A stretch of 63,985 nt of DNA, filler included, from Fonticula-like sp. SCN 57-25 (Eukaryota): NCBI GenBank assembly GCA_001724245.1. It is 3 parts of 3 records of this genome, joined end to end, with 100 filler letters (N's around TTAATTAATTAA, not from the genome) between each part and the next. Parts side by side here need not be neighbours in the genome. Positions count along the whole stretch, not along the records: positions 1 to 22,661 come from MEDX01000075.1; positions 22,762 to 45,294 come from MEDX01000076.1; 1 more part is not named here. One strand, given 5' to 3'. The stretch's first letter is position 1. Every line of letters begins with the position of its first letter. Of the stretch, positions 11,606 to 23,546 are shown piece by piece. The position numbers were made by a program, and so were the translations under genes. The notes below the pieces were generated by a model. That model worked only from the letters and a program-made list of their open reading frames with translations, had not been told where the DNA came from and made no database searches.

Positions 11606-12854
11606 ATGTTAAAGGGTTCCACCACGCAGAACTACGGGTCCGTGTACCACCCTGGCGTCAACTCTGACTATGGATACGCCGACGATGTCGAAGAAGAGGA
11701 AGTGTACGCTGCAATCTCGGCAGAGATCCCTCCCGCTAACATGATTTACCATTCCACAGACCCGAGTGGCCAGGCCCAAAGCTCACCTCCAAGTTCGTGT
11801 TCCAGAACTCTATAAAGTCGTCGGTGGCAAAGGGCGAGTTGCCGTGGGCCAAGACCTTGCTTCTCGCAATCATGGCTGGTTGCTACATCAGCTTTGGCAA
11901 CATGCTCGCCATCGTGGTAGGCGGCGGCGTGCCGAACGCGGATCCCGGTATCCAAAAGTTCCTCTACGGATTGGTGTTCCCAGTTGGCCTCATGCTCGTC
12001 GTCATCTCTGGCGCAGAGCTTGTCACAGTGCGCCTTTCAGCGGCCCACAAACGTGTTTTTTTGCTAATCTCGTCGCCGATCACAGTCAAGTCTCGCCCTC
12101 CTTCCCGCCGGTGTTCTCGAGCGCAAGGTGACGATTTGGCAGCTCCTTAAAAGCTGGTGCGTGTCCTACATTGGCAATCTGGCCGGCGCACTCTTCCTGT
12201 CATACGTCATCATGAATTCGGGCCTTCTTGAGGCTGAGCCGTGGCTGACATTTGTCAAGACGGCCACCTATAACAAGGTCAACCTGCCCTTCCTTCAGGT
12301 CCTCACGCGGTATGCCGCCATGGCCTCTTCTCTATCAACGCGCGCTCATTTTTTTTTGCAACCAGCGGTTTCCTCTGTAACTGGCTTGTGTGCCTCGCTG
12401 TCTGGAATTCCAATGGTGCAAACGACCTCACGGGCAAGGTAGTTGCAATCTGGCCCGCCATCATGGCTTTCTCTGCTATGGTACGCGCCCTCTCCAGTGG
12501 CATTTGCCTATTGACATGCTGACGCGCGAGTTTACCAGGGATACGAGCATAGCGTTGCAAACATGTTTATGCTTCCTCTTGGCTGGGGACTCGGCGCCGA
12601 TGTGTCGATGTCTGCCGTTTTTCTGAACAACATTCTTCCGGTGACGCTTGGCAATATTCTGGGTGGATGCTTCATGGGTGCGTTCTATCACACTCCCCCT
12701 CGACGTTGCCTTCTAACTCTCGTGCGAAATAGTTGCCCTTGTCTATTCAACTGCATACGGCAAGACCGGAAAGCAGATTGCCAAGCTTTCGAATCGCCTG
12801 ACCAAGAGCTGCACGAGCGGGAGCGAGCCCATGTTCACCTCGAAGGATTCATAG
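11606..12854 (+). CDS. Formate/nitrite transporter (FNT) family channel, multi-exon
   Basis: LAIMAGCYISFG, FPVGLMLVVISGAELVT, YIGNLAGA, CNWLVCLAVW, GYEHSVANMF and NNILPVTLGNILGG. Confidence 0.92.
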
Positions 12855-13062
12855 AGCATAGAGGGCACGTTGACGAACAAACTTGGTTAGACGGGGGCGC
12901 ACCCCATGCCACGTTTGTTCTATCAACTGTCGTACAATTTTCATTATCTTCTACTTTGTTGTGGACAGTCACTGCGATGTTGTGTCCCAGCGCGTTCCAC
13001 ATTCTTTTGTAGTTGAATCCAGCAAATCACTATTCTAGGGTGCATTGAATACATTGTTATCA

Positions 13063-16000
13063 TTAAAAATCTCCAAAGAAATCGTATTTGGACGACTGTG
13101 GTTGCGCCGCTGTACTGCTGCTAACTGCACTCGAAGCCTTTGGCGCATTGGGCTCGAGAGTGGGCGCCTCTCCGACGTGCGACATGCGATGGAGCCAGTA
13201 GTTGACGCAAGGAGCGTGATAGCTGACGCCATTGCGCGAAACCTGGGCATAATTTACATCGTTGCGGTCCACCTTGGAGGCGTCGGCAAACGCCTGAAGG
13301 CAGATGGGGCAGTGGTGCTTTGACGCCACCGCGGCGCTCGCAGTCGGCTCCGCTCGCAGTCCGTCCGCGCTTAGTGTGTCGGGGGCCTACCAAGCGCACC
13401 ATCATTAGCACAGGAGCCCAATCAACAGAGAGCCGATAACGTACGGGGGCACCGCTGGCCTTGATAGCTGCCTCGACCTGCGCCAGCGCGCTTCGTACGC
13501 TCGCGTCACTCTCGTCAAACGCCTTGACCTCGCTCTCGGTCAGGTACTTCTTCACCTCGCCGACGGACGCGAATATCCGGCCGACCATAAACACCATGGC
13601 GGCCAGGCCGCTGACAAAGGAGGTAAACTTTTCGTTCGACAGCACCGCCTGCATATCACTGGCGTCCGCCTTGAGCGGCACCAACCGCATCAGGTGGTTC
13701 GCGCCATCGGTGAGGTCCTTGGCAACCTCGGCGGCAACCGCAACGCCGTTGGCGGCAAAGAGCTTGTACACGGGCGACGAAAGCGCACTGTCAAAGCCGA
13801 GTTAGCACGAGGCAAGCAGCAAAAAAAGGCACGGCGTACGCGACCCAGTCAAATGCCTCTTGAAGCTTGCCGACGACGCGCTCGAGGTCATCAACCGTCA
13901 CTGCCGTCAAGGAAAGATCAAAGGCTTGTTGGAACTCGCGCGCCTTGGCCGCGCCAAACCTCTCCTGCACCGTCTGCCCAAGCTCCTGCATTGAGGGCAA
14001 GGACGACTTGCCGCCCTGGGCCGCGAGCGTCTCCCATCCAAGAATCACTTCTCTAAACACCATCTGCTTGCGCGCCGCATCCAGCTCCTCGCGCAGGCTG
14101 CACCAATCCAATTAGCAAAGTAACAACAAGGCGGCGGCGCTGCGTACTGCTTGGTCTCAGCTGCATCGGCCGTGGACCGAATCTGCTTGTTGAGCTGCGA
14201 CGCCGTTTGCTCCGCGCGCACGTGCCGAGTGCACGCGAGCGCTTCCGCATAAAAGCCGCGCGACAAAAGAGTGCTGGCAAGCTGCTCAAGCGGAGACATC
14301 GCAGTGTTGCTGCTGGTCCGCGCCTTGCTAGGCGAGTCGGGTGCGGGCGTCTTGGGCGTCTCGGGTGCCGCAGCGCCGCCCTGAAGCGACGAAAAAATGT
14401 TGGCAGAAGTGCTCAGCTCCAGCTGAGCTTGATACTTTGAGCTCTCAGCAAACACCTTTGCGTAGGGGTTGGCACCGGGGGCCTCGGGCGCGACACCTGT
14501 CGATGTAAGTAACCAAAAAGCGCATTATAGTTTGCGTACTAGCTGTTGAGCTACTGAAATCGCCAAAGTCATCGGACGCGCCGCCCCCCAACGAAGCACC
14601 TTCCCCAAACTGTGAGTTGGCAGGGATTGAGGGGAAAGAAGAATTAAAGTCACCGAAACCGTCCGATCCTGCGCCGCCGCCAAACCCAAACTGGGAGCTG
14701 GAAGGAAGCTGGGACGCCGAAGCAGCGCTAAAGTCGCCAAAATCGGCCGCCGCGCCGCTGTCCCCCTGACTACTAACTGCAGCGGTGGAAGTAGCACCGG
14801 CAAAGGCGGCGTTGGAAGAGAATGCATTGTCCGAAAAGGGGTCAAAAGCGGCAGGCGCTGCGCTGGAGGTCGCAGGGGGGAATCCGCCTGACGTGCCTGC
14901 CAACGATGCCGGCGCCATCGAAAACCCGGACGACAACCCAGATCCGGCAAAGGCGCTGGTGGCTTCAGCAGTCGGAGCAGGGGCAGAGGAACCGGTTGAA
15001 AAGCCTCCAAAATCGTCGCTGTCCTGCGTCGTCGTCGTGGCACTCGCGGTCAAAGGAGAGATCGTCGGCTCGGTGCTCGCGGTGGTTTCCTCCACATCGG
15101 CAAACACATCACGCAAGTTTGCGTACTTGTCGCCGCCAGTCGACACAGTGGGCGACGGAGCAGCTGCGGGCACAGCGGACGGCAAAGCTTGCCAGGCCTT
15201 TGTCTGGGGCTCAGGAGCCCTCGTCTCGGTAGGCGTGATTGCAGCCGAAACCGTCTGGGTAGTAGACATAGAGACGGACATGGACGAAAACATTTCAACA
15301 CGGCCAACCGCCTCAGGCGCAGCAGCGGATGAGGTCAGCGACGGAGAAGCAAAATCGCCCCACTCGGACGTCGAAGCGACGGCGGTGGCCGACGCAGTGG
15401 ATGTTGTCATAGCCGCCGTAGTCACAGCTGCCGCCGACGCAGAAGCTGTCTGTGAGCTCATGCTACCAAAGGCATCCCAAGACGCTTGTGGTTTCTCATT
15501 GCTGGTGAAGGCACCGGCAGACGGAGTTTCGTTCGATGCGCCGCCAAAGGCACCCCACTGCGACGTCCCCTGAGCGGGATCGGACGGTGCACTAGAGAAG
15601 TCGCTCCAGTCATCCTGCGGCGGGGCAACCGACTGCTGCTGCTGCTGCTGGAGCTGCAAGAATGGCTGCTGATGCTGCTGCATAAACCGCTGTTGCTGCT
15701 CCAACATTGCCTGGCGCTGCTGCTGCAGGTACGCCTGCTGCTGCTTCAGCATCTCCTCCTGATGGCGTTTCAGCTCCTCCTCTTGCCGCTTGAGCGCCTC
15801 CTGCTGCTTTTGCGCCTGCAACGCCTGCTCCTCAGCGCTCACCGCTACGACAGGTGAGTTATTCGGCACATATGCATAAAGATAAACGCACGATTCGCCT
15901 CTGCAAACACATCAGCAGAGAGGGCCGACCAGTCCACCGCCTGCTGGCTGACTGCATGGGTGGTAATCTGCTGGTGGCGGCGTGGAGCAGCGGGGGCTGA

Positions 16001-17300
16001 CTGGAGCGTGCGGGGAGCCTCTGCAAACAAAAAACAATTTAGTTAACGAAAGAGTTAACCCGGAAGCGGGTGTCTCAACGAACCCTTCTGAAAAGTCTAC
16101 AACACAAACGTATCGGTTAGTAGCTAATATGCATGGGCAGCTCTGTGCATACCTTGGCGGGCCCTCCGGACGACAAGTCAAGCGCAAGCGACTGCTTGAG
16201 GATGGCGTCAATGTCCGGCTTCGGAGGGGCCGGTGCCTGGACCACCTCGGGGATGGCAGCGGGCGGCGGCGCATACGACACCGCCTTGGGAGGCGCGGCT
16301 GGCTCGGGAACCGGCTCAGGGCGCGTCCTAGTCGGACGAGAAGGAGAGGAGGTCGGCGCACTTTGCTTGAAAGCAGCAAAAGGATCCGCCACCAATGAAG
16401 GCCCAGCAGGAGCCTTTAATGAGACACAGTGAGCGGATCCACCCGTTAGGAGGAGACCGTTCAGCGTACCGCAGGCTGTGAAGACGAACCGCTAAAGTCT
16501 CCAAAATCATCGCTGCTAAAGCTGCTCAGAGAAGCCTGCGAAGGGGATGGAGTTCCGTAGGCCTGCTGTTGCTGCTGTTGCTGGAATTGTTGGTGGTGCT
16601 GCTGCTGGAACTGCTGGTGGTGCTGCTGTGGCGCAGCGGCGGGAGCATCTTTGGGAATACAGTTAATTCAAGCATTGACAGAAAAGATATGTACCTCGCT
16701 TTCCAAATAGAGAGTCCAGGGGATTCACGCTTGCCTTAATTTCAAAGTTTTGCTTGGCCGCTTTGGCCGACTGTGCCTGATGCGCAGCTTGCGCCTGTGC
16801 CATGGCGGCGGCCTGCTGAGCATAGTACGCCTGAGCCGACGGTTGCTGCTGCTGCTGCTATAGAGGTCAGTTGTTTTGTGCCAACGAGATTTGTTCTACG
16901 CACAGGATATCCTTGCTGAGGCGCGAAGCCTTGTTGCTGCTGCGGGTAGCCGTATGCCTGCTGCGGGTATCCCTGCTGTGGGTAACCCTGCTGCGGGTAG
17001 CCTTGCTGAGGATAACCTTGTTGCGGATATCCCTGCTGGGGGTATCCCTGCTGAGGGTATCCCTGCTGCGGATAGCCTGGCTGTTGCCCTGGCTGTTGCC
17101 CTTGCTGTTGCCCGTACCAGCCAGCCTGCGAGGATTATTAGTACGATCGCTAGATGGTGTGCGACACCTACCTGCTGTTGTTGAGGATACGCTTGCTGGC
17201 CGTAACCGGGCTGCCCATAGCCACCAGCGTTGCCTACAAGCGTATTAGTTCCCCATCGCTACACAGCCTGATCAGATATCGTACCTGGGAATCCGCTCAT
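13063..17300 (-). CDS. Synergin-gamma-like AP-1 accessory protein, multi-exon
   Basis: N-terminal PQQGY repeats and Q-rich coil. Many DDFGDF/WGDF/DDWSDF gamma-ear-binding motifs. C-terminal CPICL...[11 protein letters not shown] resembles the synergin-gamma C-terminus (CGVCL...YHASCANFW). Confidence 0.7.
16905..17120 (-). repeat. Coding 15-bp tandem repeat encoding (PQQGY/AY)n followed by (QQGQQ)n
   Basis: About ten units such as ccctgctgcgggtat on the + strand. Confidence 0.9.
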
Positions 17301-17463
17301 GATGCTCAAGGAAGGGCCTTGGCCCAGGCAGCGACGTCAATCACAAACAATCGAGGTTCTAAGCTGGAAAGTATCTACGGCCATTCCTAGTGAAAACACA
17401 GCAAAAGATCACAGTAAATTATGCTGACACACCGTTCGCCCACCATTCGCCTTTGTCAGCGTG

Positions 17464-19568
17464 ATGGCGGGAAACGACGACGGCGCGTGGCAGCACGAGA
17501 ACGAGCACGCCGAGGAAGACTTTCTCCCCGATGTGAGCCTTGCCGAGGGCTCGAAACCCACTCGCTATAGAAACGGGCGTACGTACGGCTCGTACTTTAG
17601 TCGCGATGGTGAGGCTTTGACGCGGAGGCAGCGCCTGCTCCTACTTGGCGGTTGCATCTTCACTTGTCTGTACGCGTTAGCAAAGGGGGCACGAGGGAAA
17701 TCTAAAGAACGTGCAATGCGATTTTTACAGATTAACCGCGGGGATATTTTTTGGCTACGCTGCCCTAAAGTCCATCTTGATCAAGCAAGGCGTATACAGT
17801 GAATTATGCGACGAAGAACCAGTGCCCGGCGAAGAGTTTGTACGTTACTCGTGTCACACCTGCGCATCGCTGACCGAGCGGATCTAGCCGACATGCAATG
17901 CGCAGTCGCTTCGCTTGGACCTAATGTACACCTTGGCCACCGTGGCCAACAGCGTGCGTTTCCGCTACGTACCCTCGCCGTGCTCATTCGTTCGTCTCGA
18001 TAGGGTATTGCCCTGCTCACAGGCCTATTGCTGGACCGCACCGGCCCGCGCATCTGCGTCACTGTTGGGTTGCTTGCCCTCTTGACAGGTACTTTGCTTT
18101 TTGCAGTGTCCGACTCGAAGAGTACGTGGTGTCTATCGTTTGTTGTCCGTTGACTGACCGCTTTCGCAGCCTTTGATGCATACATCCCGGCGGCCATTAT
18201 CATTAGCATGGGGAGCTCATTGTCGTACCTGCCCGTACGCCGAGGAGATTTGCTGGCGGCTATGGTATTCTCACGCGCGGTCGATCTAGCTTTTGCATCT
18301 GAGCGACGCCTTCCCTCGCAAAGAAGGCCTCGTGATGAGCCTCCTTACGTGCTCCTTTGACGCGTCTGCATTGCTATTCGCATTGTTTCAGGTATGCTTG
18401 CTTTGTTGGGCTTGTTTCGTGTACTGATTTTTTGAATAGGGCATTGTGGCCGCAACCGACGTGCCTTTGTCGACGCTCTTTTTCATTTACGCGACAATTC
18501 CGGCAGCAATGATTGTCTTCTTTTGGTTCCTGATGCCGGACATTCCGTTTGGGGCGACGAAGCTTAAGGCATTTGGCTCCAGCACTGTGCGTTTTGCTCT
18601 CTTTCGACGTTGTTCCTTTCTTACAAATAGCATTCAGGAGGGCATTCTGGCCATGCAGCGCGGTGAGCTTCGGCTGCAGCCCTTCCTGACGCAGTTGCGC
18701 TCGAAAGAATTCTTGTGCGCCACATATCGCCTTGACCGCCGTGTCTCTGATGCTCTATATCCAACAGCTTGGTGACCTTTTACCTCTCTATTTACATGCT
18801 CCGAAGCAACTACTTTATCCAGAGCACCTACGACCACCTCGGCGCCTTGCCGGGCCAAACGCCCGAGCTTCGTACGGGGGCATTCTCGGTCAGCTGCCGC
18901 CTGTCTCACTGACTCTGTCCTAGGCGATTCAATGGTGACCGTCTTTTCGATCGTGCTTGCCGCCGGAGCCGTTGTGGCCGTGCCGGCCGTGGGATGGATG
19001 CTCGACCACTGCTCCTTCTTTGTTACCTTCATGACGGTGACATGCGCCTCAATTACCTACAGCATTTTTGTGTACGATCTCGACAAGCGCCAGCCCGCTC
19101 TTTCTCACCCGCTTCGTGTCTGCAGTATGATCCCGAGCATTCCCCTTCAGTACGTCAATTTTGTCCTTTTCTCGGTCGTCCGCGCTCTCCTGTACTCGTC
19201 CGTCGCGGACTATATCGGGCGGCGCTTTGGATTCGTGTCGTTCGGCCGCATATTCGGCTCCATTTTCACGGTGGGCGCCATTTGCGGAACTCTTATGGTA
19301 CGAGGTGATTAATGGCTATTCCTGTTATTAAGCGTGCTCCACCTTCCAGTATCTGTTTTCTTTTGTGAGCCTCGAGCTGCTCGACGGCAATTTCAATGTC
19401 GTCGACGGCGTCCTGATAGGACTCCAGCTGCTCGGCGTCGTGTTCCCCCTGTACGAGCGGCAGTACAGCAAGCGTATGGGGAAGGAGCATCGAGGCCACG
19501 CTTCACTCAAAGTTGATTCTACCGATTCTGTCGACGAGCAAGTTCTAATGGAACTGGAGGCCATTTGA
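17464..19568 (+). CDS. MFS transporter, SLC43/LAT3 (FMP42-like) family, many exons
   Basis: Multiple hydrophobic exons: AGIFFGYAALKSIL, GLLLDRTGPR, LHLSDAFP, CSFDASAL, VGWMLD and FGFVSFGRIFG. Confidence 0.8.
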
Positions 19569-19842
19569 GCACACTTGGATATCTCTATTTAATGACCAAT
19601 TTTGTACCAATTTTATATGTTTAGTGCACAATCATTATGGAATATAATATGGAATATGTCATTCTAGCGCTGGGCCCTTTTTCATGTGCGAACAGCATTC
19701 AAGTGCAACTCCTTTCATCTCCTTCACCCTTATTCGTTCTTAACTGTGGATCGCTCCGAACAGGTCACATTAGTTGCAGGTCGCCCGCTATCTCTTCGAT
19801 CATCACCAGCTCGCGCTAACAAGGCGAGCAAGTTACACGAAC

Positions 19843-20202
19843 ATGTCGGGTCGGGGAATGCTGCGTATGTATGCAGTTGTCATGTTGTGTCTGGGGGTTG
19901 CAGGGTGGGGTATGAGGGATTTCGCGCCTGCGGCCAAGAGCGCTATTTACGCCGGCGGCGGAACTGCAGTCATCGCCTTCCTCGTTTCTTTCCTCCAGCC
20001 GCCGCGCATGCAGCAATTGGGCAAGGCGCTTGCTATTGCAATGACCTGCCTGACCGGTTGGCGCGCGAGCATGGCCTTTAATCAGCCCGGCAAAGATGAC
20101 GTGTTCCTCATGCTCGGTTCAATGCTGACCGCAAGCTTGACGCTCTTAATCTTGATGTCGCGCACTTCACGCACGCCCGCCGTCGTCAAGAAGAATTTGT
20201 AA
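19843..20202 (+). CDS. Small multi-pass membrane protein, TMEM14-like
   Basis: About 119 aa with 3-4 Gly/Ala-rich hydrophobic helices (YAVVMLCLGVAGW...KSAIYAGGG). Confidence 0.55.
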   Translation: MSGRGMLRMYAVVMLCLGVAGWGMRDFAPAAKSAIYAGGGTAVIAFLVSFLQPPRMQQLGKALAIAMTCLTGWRASMAFNQPGKDDVFLMLGSMLTASLTLLILMSRTSRTPAVVKKNL

Positions 20203-20336
20203 ATTATTGGGACTAGTTTTCTGCAATTGTGGTCACTGTGAAGCAATAAACGCGCATACTGCAAGCAGTACCCCTGTTATTCGAACAGTGCTTGGCGTGG
20301 GAGCGTTTCAATCAGATTTCCCGCGCTCCGACCAGG

Positions 20337-20799
20337 ATGGGAAAGGAGTCGCCGCCTCCGCTGAACGGCGAGCAGCGGCGAGCCTGCTGGAAGCAGCGCG
20401 ACCGCTACTTTGAGTGCGTTGACAAAGCCCGCGGGGACGAGGTATGCATGTTCCCCCTTTCTGGAGCGGACACTGACGGCATTGATGCTCTCAGTCAGCG
20501 TGCGTGGCAATCCGGAAGGAGTTTGATGCGGCGTGCCCGGCATCGTGGGTACGCGTTCATTTCTCTTTTCTTCCAATTCTCCGTTTCCCGCTGTCTCTTC
20601 CCAGCTGTATCATTTTTGCTTCCTTCACTCTCGGAATCGTGTGCGCTCGTTCACTTACCTTTGCCCCTAGGTGGATCACTTTATTCGTGGCCGCGCCGGC
20701 TTGAAATACCGCGAGATGGTATATGCTGGCGGAGGGTACCAGCCGCTGCCCGCTGAAGGGGATACCAAGCCTGGTCCCGAAAAGCCCTTTGTAAAATAG
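20337..20799 (+). CDS. COA6: Cytochrome c oxidase assembly factor 6 (COA6/COX6B family), 3 exons
   Basis: Spliced: EQRRACWKQRDRYFECVD...ACVAIRKEFDAACPASWVDHF (CX9C...CX10C pattern). Confidence 0.85.
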
Positions 20800-20963
20800 A
20801 CAATGAATCATTTTGAATACAGCTGACGTTTACCATGTACACTGCGCCCTTGTTCGTGTCACACATTTTTCACGCCCGAAGACCTGGAACGACCCACCCA
20901 CCAAACCGTGACCACCACCCACCCCGCCAGAAAATTGCGACGTGCAACGTCATACTTTAGAGA

Positions 20964-22661
20964 ATGGCGTCGGACGGAGATGGCGGGCGCAATAGAGTAG
21001 GCGAGTTCGTTCGCAGCTCCTACGCGGCTATCTCGAGCAGGCTTGGGGCTTTGAGGGAGCATGTTGCTCCGTCGTCTTCGTATGGGCATCTGAACCGGGG
21101 CCACGATGAGGAGTTAGCCTCCATGGACGAGGGAAGCCAAATCCACGCCGACGACGACCGGCCCATAGAAGAGCAGGAGGCGCCTGGGGACGGTCCGGCC
21201 AACGACAGCGACCAAAACTTGAAGAACGTGCGCCACGCATCGATTGGCCATCGCTTACCCCGCGATGACAAAGACTGACGCTAATGTCCGTAGCAACGCG
21301 CCAATCTCGAATATTTCATTCAAACTTTCGGTTTGACTAAAAGCGTTTTCACGTCGCGCACCTTCCGTGGTCGCGCGACCACGACGCTGAAGGAGTCTTT
21401 TGCGTACTGCCTTGCCGCCCTCTTCGTGGTCATCTCGCCCATATCCGCATTCCTGGGCGAGATGTCCTTCACCGCAGTAATGCCGAGCTCCCTGGCCGCC
21501 GTTAGCGACACTGTCGGCGCCAATATCCAGTGGACCGTCATGTGCATTCTCGGACTTTCACTTGGGACCGCGGCGGGCCTATTCACAGTGTACGTTGCAC
21601 CTTCGCACCCGTGTTCTACGTATCTGACTCTCACATTCCGCAGCGTCGTGGGAAGCGTGCATCCTGTCGTTCTGCTTATCTGCATCTTTGTCTTTAGCAT
21701 GATGTTCACCCTCATCAAGGCGGTAAAGCGCTCGCTTCGGTTTATCGGCACAACCGGCGCGATCGTGCTTGTGATCGTTGCCTTTACGGAGCCGAGCGAG
21801 GAAATATCGCTGACGTCCATCGCCGCGAGCCTCTTTTACAGTTTCTTGCTTGGCCTTGTTTTGTGCTGCCTCATTGCGTTTGCCGTCCTCCCGCAGCGCG
21901 CCACGTCGCTGCAGCGCGCGGCCATGGCGTCTCTCCTGAACGCGCTCACCGAGTCGCTTCAGCTCGCCCTCGTCGACATCGCCCTCGAGGTGGACACCGA
22001 CCATAGCCTGCTCCCGTCGGAGCGCGTGGCGTACGAGAATCTTCCATTCAGCGGCGAAGACCACGCCGAGCGAATGCTGCCGAGCGCGAAGCGCATCGCG
22101 AGCCACCGCGCTCGCCATCTCTGGCAAATCTCCCAAGCCAAGCACGCTATGGTGTCGATGCCGTCCTTACGCGAGGAGGCGCAATGGGAGTTTGGCCACG
22201 TCTTCTACCACTACGACCAGTACCTGATGTACGAGCAGACGCTCGGACAGATGGTGCGGTTGATCGGCGCTGTGGGCTGCAGCACGTCTGAGGAGGCCGC
22301 CCACTTGACACCCGAGCTGATGGAGCTGGCCCTCCGGCAGGGCAACCTGCACTCGAGGCGCCCGCCGCCGCTCATCATAAAGAACAAGACCAGCGACATG
22401 CCATCGTTGAGGCTGCCGCCGTCCGCCATGAGAAGCGCGAGCGCGTTCGACGTCGACGCAATGTCCGCCGCCGCGCGCAGGAGCGAGCTCGAGCGGCGGG
22501 ACAGCGACGCGTCCGACTTGTCCACCTGGTCCGCTAGCAGCTTGCCTCTCCCGACGACCAAGCCACCCGGCCTGCTCGCCATGGGATCGGCGCGGCCACC
22601 TAGCTCGTCTCCTTACGTAACTCTTCAGGGTGCGCCCACATTTTCCCTCCCTTTTGACATT
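20964..22661 (+). CDS. Multi-TM protein resembling aromatic-acid exporter/ALMT/FUSC-type families; 3' end lost in gap
   Basis: Five to six hydrophobic helices (SDTVGANIQ; LIAFAVLPQRAT) followed by a helical region with EAQWEFG. The ORF runs into the N block. Confidence 0.55.
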
Positions 22662-22761
22662 NNNNNNNNNNNNNNNNNNNNNNNNNNNNNNNNNNNNNNN
22701 NNNNNTTAATTAATTAANNNNNNNNNNNNNNNNNNNNNNNNNNNNNNNNNNNNNNNNNNNN
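22662..22761. other. Artificial assembly gap/linker (N44-TTAATTAATTAA-N44)
   Basis: 100-nt block whose core places stop codons in all six frames. Confidence 0.95.
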
Positions 22762-23414
22762 ATGGCTGGCGGGCTTGCTGCTGTTGCAGGCGGCATGATG
22801 ATCATCAGCGTTCCGTTCCTTACTCCCGCTATGCGTGGTCGGCTAGCGCTGCCTTTTGTTCCTGCCAACCCTGTACAAGTGGGCATGGTGCTGCGCGTAA
22901 TGGAAGAGCGGCTTGCTCTTGGTACAGGCAAGCGCCCTCAGCTTCCTCCGGGCACGGTTGGCTTTGTTGACTTGGGATCGGGTGACGGGCGCGTTGTGCT
23001 GGAGGTGGCCAAGCGTGGCGTTACTGCGCATGGGATAGAGCTCAACTTGCCGCTCGTGCTCTACTCGAGGCTCGCCGCTATTGTGTCCGGTGCCAAACCC
23101 AGGCCAAAGTATTATAGACAGTACGCCATATGGGGTGGTTAGGGTGCCCGCAATTGTTCTGACGTTTTGCCAGGAATCTTTGGAAGGCCGACTTGTCAAA
23201 GTATCATACGCTATGCGTATTCGGCGTTGTTGAAATGATGCCAACGCTCGAAGCCAAGCTTTCCAAGGAAATGCGCGATGACGCGGTGCTCATTGCTTGT
23301 CGCTTCAAGTTGCCCAACTGGAAGCCGCATGAGGCGATTGAGGACCCCTTGGGCGACAAGGGACTGCATAGTATCTGGGTGTACAAGAAGCAGGGCCCGC
23401 CGCCATCCATTTAG
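22762..23414 (+). CDS. FAM173-family mitochondrial lysine methyltransferase (ATPSCKMT/ANTKMT-like); N-terminus may be cut by gap
   Basis: TM segment, then LPFVPA, VDLGSGDGRVV, GIELNLPLV, FGVVEMM..LE.KL and IACRF.LP.W. Confidence 0.9.
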
Positions 23415-23546
23415 ATTGCATCTTTTGACTATTTTTTGTCGTGGAACAACGTCATAATAAATTTTGGGAATTTCGCATATTGTATATTTAAACACGCATT
23501 ATATATACATCGACAATGAGACGTATTGGATCAAGTTGCTTGATTC

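Noticed and set aside
22662..22761. Palindromic TTAATTAATTAA flanked by Ns (also at 45295-45394) as a biological site
   Set aside because: It is identical at both places and centred in fixed-length N runs, and it gives stops in six frames. It is a synthetic contig linker.
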